DNA of 64,000 bases from Eledone cirrhosa (GCA_964016885.1 OZ024744.1:75516001-75580000), one strand, 5' to 3'; shown: positions 29,204 through 43,771, counted from the stretch's first letter. Numbers and translations: made by a program. Notes: a model not told the origin generated them from the sequence alone.

Positions 29204-31070
29204 AATGTTGACCACTAAGGAATCTCAACTATTCTTAGACAGAAATGTGGAGGAGTTTCTTGAATGACAGCCTATATGCCTACCAGGTTTGGGGGGAAGA
29301 TGCGGATGAGGAAATGTTCAGCATATATAACTTTGAAGGAGTCACTATTTACAAGGACGAATATGTGGTCAGAACCCAGAACTTTGTGATAAGAAAGCGA
29401 AATTCTTATTGAAGCAACATGACTGATATAGAAAATGCATCGTATGTATTTGTTTGTATTTGTAAATTTTAATAAATACATATATAAACGCATTCGGTGT
29501 CTTATGTTTGATTGATAAATAAAAAAGGATAGAGTTTAGTTCAAACTTTATTATATATTAAGAGGAAAATACTGCAACATGTGAGTACCGCATTTCATGT
29601 TCTTCTCTCTCTTAACACCGAGATGTCTTACCTAATTAATAGATAAATAAAACTCAATAGAATTGATTCCTGTACTTAACTCAAATCAAGTAACAACTGA
29701 GAATGAGCTTTTTAAATCTTATTGGATAAGTCTGTTTTTTTTTATCCATGATAATATTTACAACACTAATTTATTTGACACTTAAATGACTATATGAATA
29801 CTAATTTTCTTTCATAGCCACATTATGTAGATTTAACCGAAGTCCTCAGCTTTCGTATTCCTTATTAGCCTTATATGAATATAAATTAGATATAAGTTTT
29901 GTACTAAAGAGGAAACTCAGCTGAGAAGTTAAAGTAAAAGAACGAATCAATGAATTAGATATCTCGGCATAACAATGTTAGTTTGCTAAAGAAGAATTGA
30001 GCTTGTTCACGTAGACTACATGTTAAAACTACTAGTGTTTCCTTAGAAAAATTTTAATTGCTTTATTGAGTAGGTTAAATAACTAAGTAAAATGTTTTTA
30101 CGTTGGTATTCATCATTACCAGTTTAATTATAGTAAGGAGAGAGAAACATTAATGTTATACACTACAAAGAAAAAGAATAAATTCATTTTATACAATGAT
30201 GCATATTTAGTTTTGTTTGCTAATATTTTAGGTTTATAGCCCCAATAAGAAACTCCGAGTTTGTTGAGAAAAATATTTCGCTATATGAGCAATTATATTG
30301 AATAAAGATATAGAATAACAATATAGATTGAAATATAATATAGAAAATCATATGCCATCAATTGTGTTATAACTCCATACCCGACACAATAACTGAAAGC
30401 AAAGCAAAATCAAAAATCAAAGAAAGGAAGTAACCCGATGGAAAATCAATGGATCAATAGAAAACTAATCTCTAGATTGTGTATATTCTATATCATGATC
30501 GAATCCTCAAACATGTGATTAAACAAAATATTTTTAAAGTTACTTAACTGGTTTCTCGTTGTCTTGAGTACAAACCGCCCCATTCTCAATTATACGGTAT
30601 AGTTTTTAAATCATTTGTTATGCTGGTCAATCAAATAGTCTATTGGTAGCCATTTTGAAGTTTGGAGTGTGTAGTTATTAGAAAAGGTAGGATATACAAA
30701 AGTTTGAATTTGCAAACATTCTGTAAATGATAACGACAACAATAATGGTGATGATTTTTTCTAACGTAGGCTTTTTTGAGGAATAGCAGCAATAGGTTAT
30801 ACCTACCATTCCTGTTATATCTACACCGACAGTTGACTGGTACTTATGTTATCGTCCCCAGAGAAATGGAGGACACATGACCCCATATATAGCAAGACAA
30901 TTCATCTGACACTCTATCGATTCTTCCACTGCCATAACAACAACAACAGAAATGAAAATAACAAAAATAACAATAGTTTTATGAGAGTTCTAACAAAGAC
31001 AGTGATGATGTTGGTTGAGAGGTGTTATTGGTACTATTTTGTTTGTCAAAATATTATTTTGTGTGTGAAT

Positions 31071-31157
<87 letters not shown>

Positions 31158-32285
31158 AGAGAACAAGCCAGATAAATTGCAGGAGCCAAAGAGCCATGCC
31201 TAGAATGTTGACAGACGGCTTAAATGGGGGAAGTGAGCAACACAGAACGTTTTCTCTTGGTTTGGTGAAATAAGATTTTTTTTTTTTTTAAAGTAGGATA
31301 TTTGTTTTGGTAGAAGACGAGGATTAATTGATTTTATTCTTTAGTTTATTTGTGTGATTTTATTTATTTATCTATTTGTTTACTTGTTTGTTTACTTTCC
31401 ATAAAACAAGGAATGATGAAAATGATCGAAGAGTAGTGGAGATGTTGGATCCATCCGCCCGCCACTCTCGACAATCAATTGGAATAAAAGATGGAATGGC
31501 TGGTTTAAGAAAAAATAAATGACGGTGTGGGTCGTAAAGGGGAATCAGAGGGAATGTGAAAGACAGGATAGAAAGTGTATGAATCATTACACTTTCTAAC
31601 GCGTTACAGTGTACATGAAAACACAGCTGTAGACAAAGAATAATAATAACAACTAATATTATTATTATTATTATTATTATTGTCAGTGTCGTCGTTGTTG
31701 TTATTATTAGACTGGTGATTCAGTGAATTACTCAAGGAACTGAAACAATCTTCTTGCGTTTAAACCTTATTCTTTTTCTTCGCCTCCACCTAATCATCAT
31801 CAATCTAAACGAATCACTTAAAATATCTAATTTGGAGGTATTTCAACAGAACATAATGTGGGGGAAAAGAAAATGTGTAACGCTTCGTGAAAAGCTCCCA
31901 ACACACATTAGTATACGCTTCATATTTTATTTATTTACTCCATTGGCTCTTAACAAAATCATCGCTGTTCTTTTCGAATTCTAGTGATTATCCCTGCAGT
32001 TAAGCCTTGTCGGAAATTGCAAAGGCAGACATTATTTCTGCGTGCGTGAAGAAATCAAGCAAACGATTTTTCGGGTATAAAATTCCACCTTCAGAGAGAT
32101 ATGGGTGCTTCGATCAAAAATGACTTCAATGCATTTAATGAACTTTTGGATTGAACTGTACAGGGATATTAAACTGTTAACTATTAATGTAAATTTTGAT
32201 CTCCGAATTGAACAAACACATCCATTATATAACTAAATATTTCCCGCCTCATGGGCTGAACAAGATTCTCCCCGAGAGACAATAA

Positions 32286-32702
32286 TAATTATTTCTACTT
32301 TTGGCACAAGGCCAGCAATTATCCCAGTGCATTACTAGTACTTTATTTTATCGACCCCGTAAGGATGAAAGGCAAAGTTAACCTCGGCGGGATTTGAACT
32401 CAGAATGACAAGGGCCGTAACTCTATGCGTCAAAGCATGGCGTCCGATCCTCTAACGATACTGCCAACTCACCGCCAATGATAATGGTTTCTGATTTAGG
32501 AACAAGACCAACAATTTTGTGGGAGGGAGAAGTCGATGGAATTGAACCCAGTACATTACTGGTGCTTTATTTTATTGACTTCGTAAGGGTGAAAGGCAAA
32601 GCTAACCTCGGCGGGATTTGAACTCAGAATGTAAAGGGCCGTAACTCTCTGCCACGACGCTCTACCGATTCCGGGTGTCCGACGCTCTACCGATTCTGCC
32701 AC
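32286..32702 (-). mobile_element. Two tandem SINE-1 copies
   Basis: Short (32286-32476) and long (32481-32702) variants. Confidence 0.9.
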
Positions 32703-32799
32703 TATACTTTATACCAAAGGATACAAAATGTTCCTTCGGAAAATGCAATTAATAGGGTCAGATTTCAATGACACAGAAGCTTCCCCTACTGAAATGACT

Positions 32800-33420
32800 A
32801 AGCAGAACAAAACAAAACAAACCAGACTATGGCATACTAGGGGGAAACAAACGGGCACAAAAACCACTGAATGGCAAATACCTCAATCGAGCCAGTGATC
32901 CTAATGTAGACCAAATTCTTAGCAGAAAGCAAGTGGTATATTATTGCTAACCAGGGTATGTTCCTTCCTGCTAGAAATTATAAGTGTCACATTTTAAAAA
33001 ATGACACCAACCTCTTGGGTCATGTATGTCAGGAAAGGCTGGAGACAAGAGATCACATTATTTCCAGATACGGCTGATTGACACCAACTGAGTACTTGCA
33101 ACAGCATGATAGAACAGCTCAGGGCATACACTGGATGATATGCCATGCATTTAAGCTCCCTCACAAGAAGAATTGGATGGAGCACAAACTAACACAAAAC
33201 TACCTTATAAAATACTGAAGTCTCAATCCTTTGGAATTCCAGTATTCATACAGACAGGGAAATCTAAGCTAATCAATCAGATATTGTCGCTAAAAATGTT
33301 ATTAGACATTTCAGAAATTCTGTAAATACAAAGACCTTGAAATATAAATTAACAGAATGTGGCACCTCAAAACAAGTACAATACCTGAAGTCATTGGGAC
33401 ATGAGGAATATACAAGGGTG
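32800..33420 (+). mobile_element. Decayed R4/Dong-like LINE, zinc knuckle and RLE endonuclease region
   Basis: KPLNGKY, VCQERLETRDHIIS, EYLQQHDRTAQGIHW, ILWNSSIHTDREI*ANQSDIV (RHD and PD-like motifs). Confidence 0.8.
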
Positions 33421-33659
33421 CAAACTTGTATGATGCCAAGCATCATTCTCAATTTGCAATTCTCTTTCCGGGTAGGTACAAAAATTATACATACAAATAT
33501 ACAAGCACTCCAACATATACACACACACACACAGCTTCTGGATTATTTTACCAATCTTACAACTACATGGTATTTCACCATTTAACACTGATGAGCTTGT
33601 TGTCTCTTGGGGTTGAGACGTGAGGGTAGCTCGTACTAACAAAAACAAAGGCAAACCAC

Positions 33660-33735
33660 AATAGTAATAGTAATAATAATAATGATAATAATAATAATAA
33701 TTACTATTATTATTTCTACTTATTAATAATAATAA

Positions 33736-33783
<48 letters not shown>

Positions 33784-33920
33784 CAGCAGCAGCAGAAGAA
33801 GAAGAAGAAGAAGAAGGAGGAGGAGGAGGAGGAGAAGAAGAAGAAGAAGAAGAAGAAGAAGAAGAAGAAGAAGAAGAAGAAGAAGAAGAAGAAGAAGAAG
33901 AAGAAGATGATGACGATGAT
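33660..33920. repeat. Compound trinucleotide microsatellite (TAA/TAG/CAG/AAG/GAG)
   Basis: Direct inspection. Confidence 0.95.
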
Positions 33921-34479
33921 TGAAATGTATCAACTTATAGAATGAATACTGAAAACAATCGATTACACATAAAAAAATAGAAGACCTATCACAAACGAAT
34001 GAAAGTAATACAACGAAGCCACTTCATATAAAACAAATACGACTCCACGAAACAAAGAAAGCAGGGACGAGCAGATATAAATGATATGAGCCCTTAATAC
34101 ACATTGAAAATATTAAAGAACCATCTACAAGAGAAACGATCAAGGCAATGAAAGAAAAACAGATACGAAACTAAAAGCCCTGAAATCCAAAGGATAATGA
34201 ATATGACGGAAGACCTCCCATGGAAGCATTTAACATTAAGCTACATCAAAGTATAATCTCGACCTTAGTCTTAACATCAATCCGAAGAAAAACATACACC
34301 GTAACAGGAGTCAATGTAAACACCTGCACGCATTGTTCTTCGAAAGAATAAATAAATGTATTAAGGCTTTGCAAAATTTTCTGCCAACGGAAAAATAAAC
34401 TACTCGAATTTCAACGGGCTGAGAGTTCTGATTTATTCAGTTGCAATGATAGTATTGAGAAAAAACAGGTCTGATCCTA

Positions 34480-36150
34480 TTAGAGCCGACGTTCACCGCC
34501 AAAATATTATACATAAAATTAAAAAAAAAAAGATTAGGAAGACATATCTTCAGATAATAAAATGACAAAAGAGAATTCCAGCTTGGAAGAAAATAATACT
34601 AACTAAACAACATAAATGCAAAATATATAAACAAAAAAAGAATAATGAAGATACTCTGAAAACAAAAGAAAAACTTGAACATATCACATGAGTAAAGGTG
34701 GAAATGTGCTTATACGAGACAATAGAGTTGCAACATTAATCTATCTAAAAAAAAAAAAAAAATATGAAGGTCTCCAATTTCCCTACCAAAATTATTAAAA
34801 CACTTATACCCAAACTCTACGTTATGCTGGCTACTCAGTCAACAAATATTATTTCATACCCAGAGGAGCAGAAAGGATGCCAAAAATCGATGTATGGTTG
34901 TAAAGAGCAGCTGCTGGCAAAATGTTATAGAAAACCAAAACCTAGCTTGGTCAAAATTTATTACCAAAAAACACTTTATTTTAAATAATGTGGAAAGAGA
35001 TATAAGGCTAAACAATGCAAAATGGACTGTAAGATGAAGGTAACGAAAAAAGTAAGTTACCTGGTAATCTTTGTTTTGTTTTTGTTGTTGCTGTTGTTTC
35101 TTTTGTCCTAATATTTCAGGACTTAAAATTCCCGAAAAGTAAGGTATAAGATTTCATTTTATACCTCAATTTTAGATAATGGAGACAATCTACATAAATA
35201 AAGCAGCCCCATTATTTTAAAAAAAAAAATACGGTGAACTGGCAGTGTCGAATTATAAAACAACTTTGTCAAAACAAAGCAAAAAGAAAATAATTACAAC
35301 TATTCCTATAATCAAAGAAGATAAATCGTGTAGGTAGACTCATTATTCCCATCTTCATATCATTAATAAATATGTTGTATAAAAACATCCAGATGTTACG
35401 GATAAATGGTAAAACACCTCTATCAGGTGATTTTAAAATATGTACAAGGGACAATGCTCAGTTGAAACACCTACAAAAATTACTCAAACATTTAGCTAAG
35501 GCATAAAAATTAGTATGGGATTAAACAAATGTGCCAAATCTATAATAACAAGAAGCTGAGAATATTACATAATATAAAGACACCGAAATCTGAGAAGTCG
35601 TCTAGAACCAGTCAAAGAATTATTTAGGAGGAAATGAAAAAGTGTTTCAACACAGAGAAATGGTGGAGAATGTTAAAAGATGTGTACCACGAAAGAAATA
35701 GAATATTCAAAATGAAGAATTAGAAATAAGATAATAGAAATAAATGTACTAGTTATTCTAGTTACAAACCAGTTTCAACATAAAAAATGTGAAGTTAAAT
35801 CAATTGAAGAGCTTAAGTACAAAAGTCAGAAAACGACTAACAGTGTTCTGAAGCCAACACCTCAAATTTAAATATACCTACCCCTCACACAAGGAGAATG
35901 GTGTATAATGCAAATAGAAAAATACTACAAAATAACAACAGCGGGACTAGAAAAATACTTAGAAACAAACAAGGGAAAATAGATTAGTGTAACAAAGAAA
36001 GGCGAAAAAAAAAATTATTTATAAGGAAACCATAATGTACAAACTAAAATCTAATTAAAACGAAATAAAAGATTTAGATAAGGATAAAATAACAAAGAAA
36101 GTAAACAATAAGATAAAATCAGAACGGAATTCCAAAATATAAGAAACAAA
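34480..36150 (+). mobile_element. Highly decayed R4/Dong-like LINE RT region
   Basis: PEEQKGCQKSMYGCKEQLL at about 34860 and FS*GIKISMGLNKCAK at about 35490. Confidence 0.7.
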
Positions 36151-36941
36151 TGAAGAGAAAAGCGACTCCTTGGCTGACGTCCTATAAGATTGAACGGAAG
36201 ACACCAGCATCCTAGACTACGTAACGAGTACCAACACATTTACCAACAATTACCAACACATTTCAGCTTCAAGCCCAGATATGTTGTTTCCTAAACTCTC
36301 CTCTCCTCTCTTTCTCCTAACATTTATTACAATGGTCTCTGCTCTGCGTGACTTACTAGTTCCATAGCACCAACATCCAAGTACAACCGGTATAACTCTC
36401 TCCCCTTTTCTATCAGAGATACCTGTTGTTCTTCTCTTTCCTCTCAGTCCTCATACTAACTTTCCCCTTTGTCCAGTGGATAGTATGAGACTTTGTGAAT
36501 GTTAACGCTTAAGAATTCTCTTCACGTCAACATACTCCCTTACTCACACAGGAAACGAATTGTGTCCCGAAAAGTTTAGGATGGTCCTGGGTACATTCCC
36601 TTCTATCTAGCCTAACCGAAATCATAAGAGAACTTTAACAGCAATTCAAATAATTATAATCAATTACCTGATATGATATTCTCTGTTTCCCCCATCTTTC
36701 TGGAGTAGATAAGGTCATTGCCCATATTTCTAAAATCATCTGTTCTCTCGATCACTGAAATAACAAAAAACAAAACGTAAATTTGATGTCAGAATTTTAA
36801 GATGTTTGGAGACAGAAAGATAACGAACGGTTACTAAATGAAAACAGAATGATAAACGATAATGAAATAATAACGATAATGTAATGATAAAGACGTAATG
36901 ATTTTGACAATATAATAATAACCACAAAGTAATGACAATAA

Positions 36942-36998
36942 TAAGGAAATAATGATTAAATAAGGAAATAATGATTAAATAAGGAAATAATGATTAAA
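36942..36998 (+). repeat. Tandem 19-mer x3
   Basis: taaggaaataatgattaaa repeated three times. Confidence 0.9.
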
Positions 36999-37453
36999 TG
37001 TAATGACAACAATAATGAAATGATGGCGACAATATTATGGTAACAATAATGAAATGATAATGGTAATGAAGTGATAAAAACAGCGAAATGATAATGTTAA
37101 TAAAATTATATCAATAATGAAATGATAGGAAAATGAGAATGAATGATAACGCCGGCAATGAGACAATAGGGTCTCGAAAATGTTAACGAAATGATAACGA
37201 GAGAAAAGGGACGCAATATCATATTTCAATATTATTTTCTTTTCCAATTTCTTGAGGAAAGAGATTGTTGACTAAAAGTGACCAAAGTATATTACCGGTA
37301 TTTTAAAATAGTCACCATGATGTAGATAACTATAATGATAGTTGAACTAAAGAAAATAGCTATAAATATATCGGGGTAATTCTAATCACATGGCTTAAAA
37401 AGGCTATTTACATGATTGCAAATGAATCGAATATTATTATTATTCGATTTGCA

Positions 37454-37648
37454 GGGCGGTGGATTGGCAGTATCGGTAGAGTGTCGGACACCATGCTTTG
37501 AAGCATAGAGTTAAGTCCCTTTATGATCTGAGTTCAAATCCCGCCGAGGTTAACTTTGCCTTTCATCCTTACAGGGTCGATAAAATAAAGTACCAGTAAT
37601 ACACTGGATAATTTCTGGCCTTGTGCCAAAAGTAGAAACAATTATTAT
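37454..37648 (+). mobile_element. SINE-1
   Basis: Consensus match. Confidence 0.9.
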
Positions 37649-37824
37649 TAATATTCGAAAAACTGAGATTTACATTTCTTATATTCAGCCATGTAGAGCG
37701 ATAAAACTATTTATATATATGTATGTGTGTGTGTGGGTGTGTACATTTATACACACACATTTATATATAAAAATTATATAAATATATATATAAAAATTAT
37801 ATAAATATATAAATATATATATAT

Positions 37825-38092
37825 ATTAGGATTGGTGCTCTGAAATAGCGATGTATACATGATTGTATGTATAGTATATTTGGCAATATACCGTATGTTT
37901 AATTAAAAACATTTTGAAGACCTTGCGCTATCGTTTTTAAAGTAGTGACTACGTCACTTACCTCTTTTTTCGGCAAAGGAAAAAGAAGTAAGTGACATTG
38001 TCACTACATTAAAAACGATAGCGCATGGTCTTCAAAATGTTTTTAATTAAACATACGGTATGTTGCCAAATATACTATACATACATTCATAT
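37825..38092. mobile_element. Family E fold-back, about 110 bp arms
   Basis: 37858-37970 is inverted at 37980-38091; TA-flanked; extra tail on the left arm. Confidence 0.8.
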
Positions 38093-38097
38093 ATATA

Positions 38098-38171
<74 letters not shown>

Positions 38172-38363
38172 TATATATCAACTAGAAATAGAATGATATA
38201 TATATATATATATATAAAATAAACATATGAAACAATCACGGATATGATGCATGTCTCTCAGACATGACAACCCTTAATATAATTTTGAATATATAAATAT
38301 ATATATATACATATACATATATATACATATACATATATATATATAAATACATATATATAATAT

Positions 38364-38663
38364 GCAATCGAAAGGTTGTGAGTTCAATTCTCAGACCGGG
38401 TGATGTGTTGTTTCCTTGAGCAAGACACTTTATTTCACATTGCTCCAGTTTACTCAGCTGTAGAAACGAGATGATAGTGAGTGGGGTCCCTATCATTCCA
38501 CTGCAAAGTGGTCGTGGAGGTGCCACGGCAAAAAAGCACCCAACACTCACTGTAAATGAGGTTGGTGTTATGAAGGGCATCCAGCTGTAGAAATCAAGCC
38601 AGAATCAGTTCCCGTCCCACCCATGCAAGCAGGGTAAAAGCGGACGTAAAATGATGAGGATGA
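38364..38663 (+). mobile_element. CORE-like tRNA SINE (SINE-2)
   Basis: B box GAGTTCAATTC, CORE-like ccttgagcaagacacttt...ccagtttactcagctgta, tail ending gacgtaaaatgatga. Confidence 0.85.
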
Positions 38664-38697
38664 TATATATATATATAAATATATAAATATATATATA

Positions 38698-38995
38698 TAT
38701 ACAATATATTAACAAATGGAAACTATATTTATAAAATCATATTTATTCCATTATACATATTTCAAGGGCCACCAGAGCAAACTATGGTGCGCTTTCATCA
38801 GATAAAATATAATATAGGTTAGTTTTATAAATAGATATTGACATACCCTTAAAAATATGTATAATGAAATAAATATGGTTTTATAAATATAGTTTTCATT
38901 TGTTAATATATTGTATATTTACTCCAATAATTTGTTGAGTGCTTTATATCAGTTATTAAAATATTTTGATTGTTGTATCCCAACAAATTATATAT
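38698..38995. mobile_element. Family G fold-back element
   Basis: About 70 bp inverted arms; long plus arm continues through the ACTC/GAGT hairpin to (TA)n. Confidence 0.85.
38746..38807 (-). ncRNA. Minimal type I hammerhead ribozyme motif (family G)
   Basis: UUUUAU-CUGAUGA-AAGCGCACC...GGUGGCCCUU-GAAA-UAUGUA-UA/AUGGAA; canonical core. Confidence 0.8.
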
Positions 38996-39014
38996 AACCT
39001 ATACATATATATAA

Positions 39015-39048
<34 letters not shown>

Positions 39049-39831
39049 TTGTATATATGAAAACATTCCCATTGTCTGATCGTAGTAATCCACAACATAG
39101 AAAAAAAAAAAAAGAATCCCACTGTTACAAATATGTGTATGTATTGTTAGCCAGATGCTTCAGCTCTCATTCCTCCAACGATTGATAAAACTGGTATGTG
39201 TGTATTGCTATAATTCAGAATTCCAGATTGAATGAAAAAGTAATTGAATTTATTGCTGATTTATTAAATATAAAGTCAGACATGTTTTAGCCAGAAACAG
39301 GACAAGGCATCGAGAAATTAATAGCACCACCTGTTTATTAAATATTATACTAGAGATTTAGCAATCTGACAAATTCGTGCAATGACATGTCAGAGTCAGA
39401 AATCTATATGGGTACAGGTGATTTGACTATTAGCTGAGAAATATTTCAAGATGAAATTTAGAATGCAGATATTATAGGCGCCAGTTTGAGACAAAAATCC
39501 CCCGATATACATACACCTTTACATACTTTTGTTCATAGCTTCGTACTTACAAGCACACGCACACACACATATCTTCTTAGCTTCGTACGGACGTAAAATA
39601 ACACAAGCGCGCGCACAACTATAGCTCTTTTTACAAAACTTTTTTTTTTCCATTTCAGGTAGACGCGCTCCATCATCCACTTTCCTAAAAAAGGTGTATC
39701 ATACACAAAACACCATAATCAACAGTTTTCCAAGAGATGTCAACATGAATGGACCTGTTATTTTTATCTATAGATATTTTCTTCCAATTCCACTCTGCTC
39801 GTCCCTTCAATCTATCTTATTTCTCATTCTT

Positions 39832-39867
39832 TCCTCTGATGAAGGACCAGCGTCCGAAACGTTAAGA
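39832..39867 (+). ncRNA. Minimal hammerhead motif (family B; element 39749-39955)
   Basis: UCCU-CUGAUGA-A-GGAC cagc GUCC-GAAA-CG-UU/AAGA; palindromic ACGU stem III typical of Penelope-associated hammerheads. Confidence 0.8.
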
Positions 39868-40076
39868 CCCTCTTCCTGCTATTTCAAACGTTAACCTAAT
39901 ATATTCCATATACTGTACCGATTGTATTGATATTTCTGTTTACCTTTTACATACTCACACAGATACATATATACGTATATATATATATATATATATATAT
40001 TAAAATAACAGATTAAAGTTTAAGCATAGAATCGCTGCTTTCACCCTTAACGGGATCTTATATATATATAGTAATA

Positions 40077-40269
40077 ATAATTGTTTCTACTTTTAGGCAC
40101 AAGGTCAGCAATTACTCAGTACATTACTGGTACTTTATTTTATCGACCCCGTAAGGATGAAAGGCAAAGTTAATCTCGGCGGTATTTGAAATCAGATCAT
40201 AAAGGGCCGTAACTCTATGCTGCAAAGCATGGTTTCCGACCCTCCACCAATAGTGCCAATCCACCGCCC
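40077..40269 (-). mobile_element. SINE-1
   Basis: Consensus match. Confidence 0.9.
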
Positions 40270-40393
40270 TTGAACTCAGAAATAATAATATTAATAATTA
40301 ATATATATATATATATACATATATATAATTATATACATATATATATATATATGTATCTATATATATATATATGTATCTATATATATATATGTA

Positions 40394-40991
<598 letters not shown>

Positions 40992-41068
40992 ATATATATA
41001 TATATATATGCTGCGTGGTTGCTAATGGGTTACATATGGGTTATATATGGGTTATATATGTATATATG

Positions 41069-41121
<53 letters not shown>

Positions 41122-41132
41122 TATAGAAAAGA

Positions 41133-41243
41133 TAATTGTTTCTACTTTAGGCACAAGGCCAGCAATTATCCAGTGCATTACTGGTACTTTATTTTATCGA
41201 CCCCGTAAGGATGAAAGGCAAAGTAAACCTCGGCGGGATTTGA
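41133..41243 (-). mobile_element. SINE-1, 5' truncated
   Basis: 3' half of consensus. Confidence 0.85.
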
Positions 41244-41347
41244 AAAGATAATACACGAGAGAGAGAGTGTGTGTTTATCAAAGTACAGGGAAAACCACCA
41301 GTGTATGGAATCTATTAACTATGAAACGTGAAATTACAGGGATCTTC

Positions 41348-41407
<60 letters not shown>

Positions 41408-41530
41408 CAAAGGCCAAAATCCAGGTGATCTCGCAGAAATTGTTTGCTTAAACTTTTAATCTGTATATATATACGTAATATAGAATATGCTTCGATCAAT
41501 CACGGTGGGAGCTGTTTAAGATGTTATTTA

Positions 41531-41591
41531 TTCCTTCTGGCGACTGAAGACAGATATAACATCTGCCTTCAAGAAACCACTGGTAAATGAA
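41531..41591 (+). ncRNA. Degenerate hammerhead motif (family K)
   Basis: UUCCUU-CUGGCGA-C-UGAAGACAGAU auaac AUCUGCCUUCA-A-GAAA-CC acu GG-UA/AAUGAA; second partial copy at 42087-42150 on minus. Confidence 0.6.
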
Positions 41592-41619
41592 ATAATTATC
41601 TTATGTTGTTTATTACATA

Positions 41620-41699
<80 letters not shown>

Positions 41700-42045
41700 A
41701 GAATGCACTTTTTATCATTCCATGCTAAATTCTATTGGATCGATGATTAAGTATTCCCTACAAATAAAGAAACTGTCGGCCATTTCTTCTCAGTTAAAGC
41801 ACTCATGATCTCAGTGTACTTTATGAAAATACTTTGTTTTCTCAACCCATTAATTTCCCACGTCCACATACCCCTCACTTAGCAATATGTATAAAGAGTT
41901 CAATTCTATATATATATTTTTATATATAAAACGATATTGGAAGCACCCGAACATTTCACGAATATTATTTAAACAATATGGGTCAACCATCTCGTGGATG
42001 TCTGGCACAAAATTTCGTGTCATAATGTATTCCAGTAACAGACAT

Positions 42046-42090
<45 letters not shown>

Positions 42091-42319
42091 TGTAATAAAC
42101 ATAAGATAATTATTTCATTTACCAAAGGTTTCCCGAAGACAGACGTGCCTATACCTTTCCTACGGAAATACTTCATATATATATATATATATTTCAAGTA
42201 ATAAGTGTTGATTGATCAAGCAATCGACTGACTAGAATGTAACCAGACGTAAGCTGTGCTCGACGTGGGTACCTATATGGTATTAGGCAGAGTGTCAATA
42301 TAATAATAATAATAACAAC

Positions 42320-42484
42320 ATTGTTTCTACTTTTAGCACAAGGCCAGCAATTACCGCAGTGCATCACTGGGGTAATTGCTGGTACTTTATTTATCGACCC
42401 CGTAAGGATGAAAGGCAATGTTAACTTCGGCGGGATTTGAACTCAGAACGTAAAGGGATGTAACTCTATGCTGCAAAACATAGT
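42320..42484 (-). mobile_element. SINE-1
   Basis: Consensus match with a small internal inversion. Confidence 0.85.
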
Positions 42485-42612
42485 GTTTGTGTGTGTGTGT
42501 CGAGCTTATACTTATATCACGTGAATATATTGGGCATATATATATATATTATATATATATAATTGTTTCTACTTTAGGCACAAGGCCCCAGCATATATAT
42601 AATATGGGTCAA

Positions 42613-42718
<106 letters not shown>

Positions 42719-42767
42719 GATTCTACAGGACTATAACTGTTTCATTCTTTAGAAATCATCAGGAATC
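42719..42767 (-). ncRNA. Type I hammerhead motif (family C, left arm)
   Basis: GAUUC-CUGAUGA-UUUC uaaa GAAU-GAAA-CAG loop CUG-UA/GAAUC. Confidence 0.75.
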
Positions 42768-42770
42768 TCT

Positions 42771-42819
42771 GATTCCTGATGATTTCTTAAGAATGAAACA
42801 GTTCTAGTCCTGTAGAATC
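42771..42819 (+). ncRNA. Type I hammerhead motif (family C, right arm; element 42713-42881)
   Basis: GAUUC-CUGAUGA-UUUC uuaa GAAU-GAAA-CAG uucuaguc CUG-UA/GAAUC; predicted cleavage after 42814. Confidence 0.75.
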
Positions 42820-42896
42820 TCATCTATATTAAAACTGTTATACTCTGCAATGTATTGAGTACCTTACTTACTGTGGTTACCGAGTGGGTTTGAAAT

Positions 42897-43239
42897 TATT
42901 AGAAATGTAAGCTATCCCCGTATTTTGACTAAAGAAATTATTTAGCCTGATAGTGGGGTTAAGAACCCTCAGAGAAATGGAAACAGATGAGTATTGACGG
43001 ACATGGGAATCGAACCCACATCTTTGTTTATCCGGACCACTGTCTACCATTTACACCAACACATCACCCACATAACCGGGTGATGTGTTGGTGTAAATGG
43101 TAGACAGGATAAACAAAGATGTGGGTTCGATTCCCATGTCCGTCAATACTCATCTGTTTCCATTTCTCTGAGGGTTCTTAACCCCACTATCAGGCTAAAT
43201 AATTTCTTTAGTCAAAATACGGCGATAGCTTACATTTCT

Positions 43240-43243
<4 letters not shown>
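42897..43243. mobile_element. Fold-back of a tRNA-headed element, about 170 bp arms
   Basis: Each arm has TGGTGTAAATGG (A box) and GTGGG-TTCGATT-CCCAT (T arm/B box); tRNA-like at 42995-43065(-) and 43082-43145(+). Confidence 0.8.
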
Positions 43244-43302
<59 letters not shown>

Positions 43303-43771
43303 TTGTATGAAAACAATACACAAACGAAATATATGGTTGAGCACTTCGACCGAACATAAACAGATTTTTTTATATCTGCTGATGCGCACAGTGTGTTATA
43401 AGTTTGTTTGCATGGAACATGTAGGCCTGAATTTGTAATCCCGTTTAACTTACATATGATAAACATTAATGTTAATAACCTTTATTGTTATTTATAATAT
43501 TGTTGATAAGAGAGAATCGGTAGAGCAATGTGGGAAAAGTAGATTGGATGTATTTAGTTCCACTCCGTCCTTATACATTCTGTGTTGGAAGCACACAGAT
43601 GATTTAACTTTGTCTTTCCTAATTCTGAATTCGATAAATATAAGCACCATTCAAATAGTGGAGTTTACTAAATCCACTTCACTCAGCACCACGAAGTTGT
43701 GTATTTGTGCATGTGTTAGGTATCATAATCATAAACATTTTCTCCCATCCTCATCAACTTGCTTTATAGTC

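Noticed and set aside
33585-33635. CTGATGA...GAGAC hammerhead-like string
   Set aside because: GAAA core broken and stems I-III do not pair convincingly.
42995-43145. Functional tRNA genes
   Set aside because: Anticodon and acceptor arms do not pair properly, one arm has a 7 nt deletion, and the sequence is part of a repeat.
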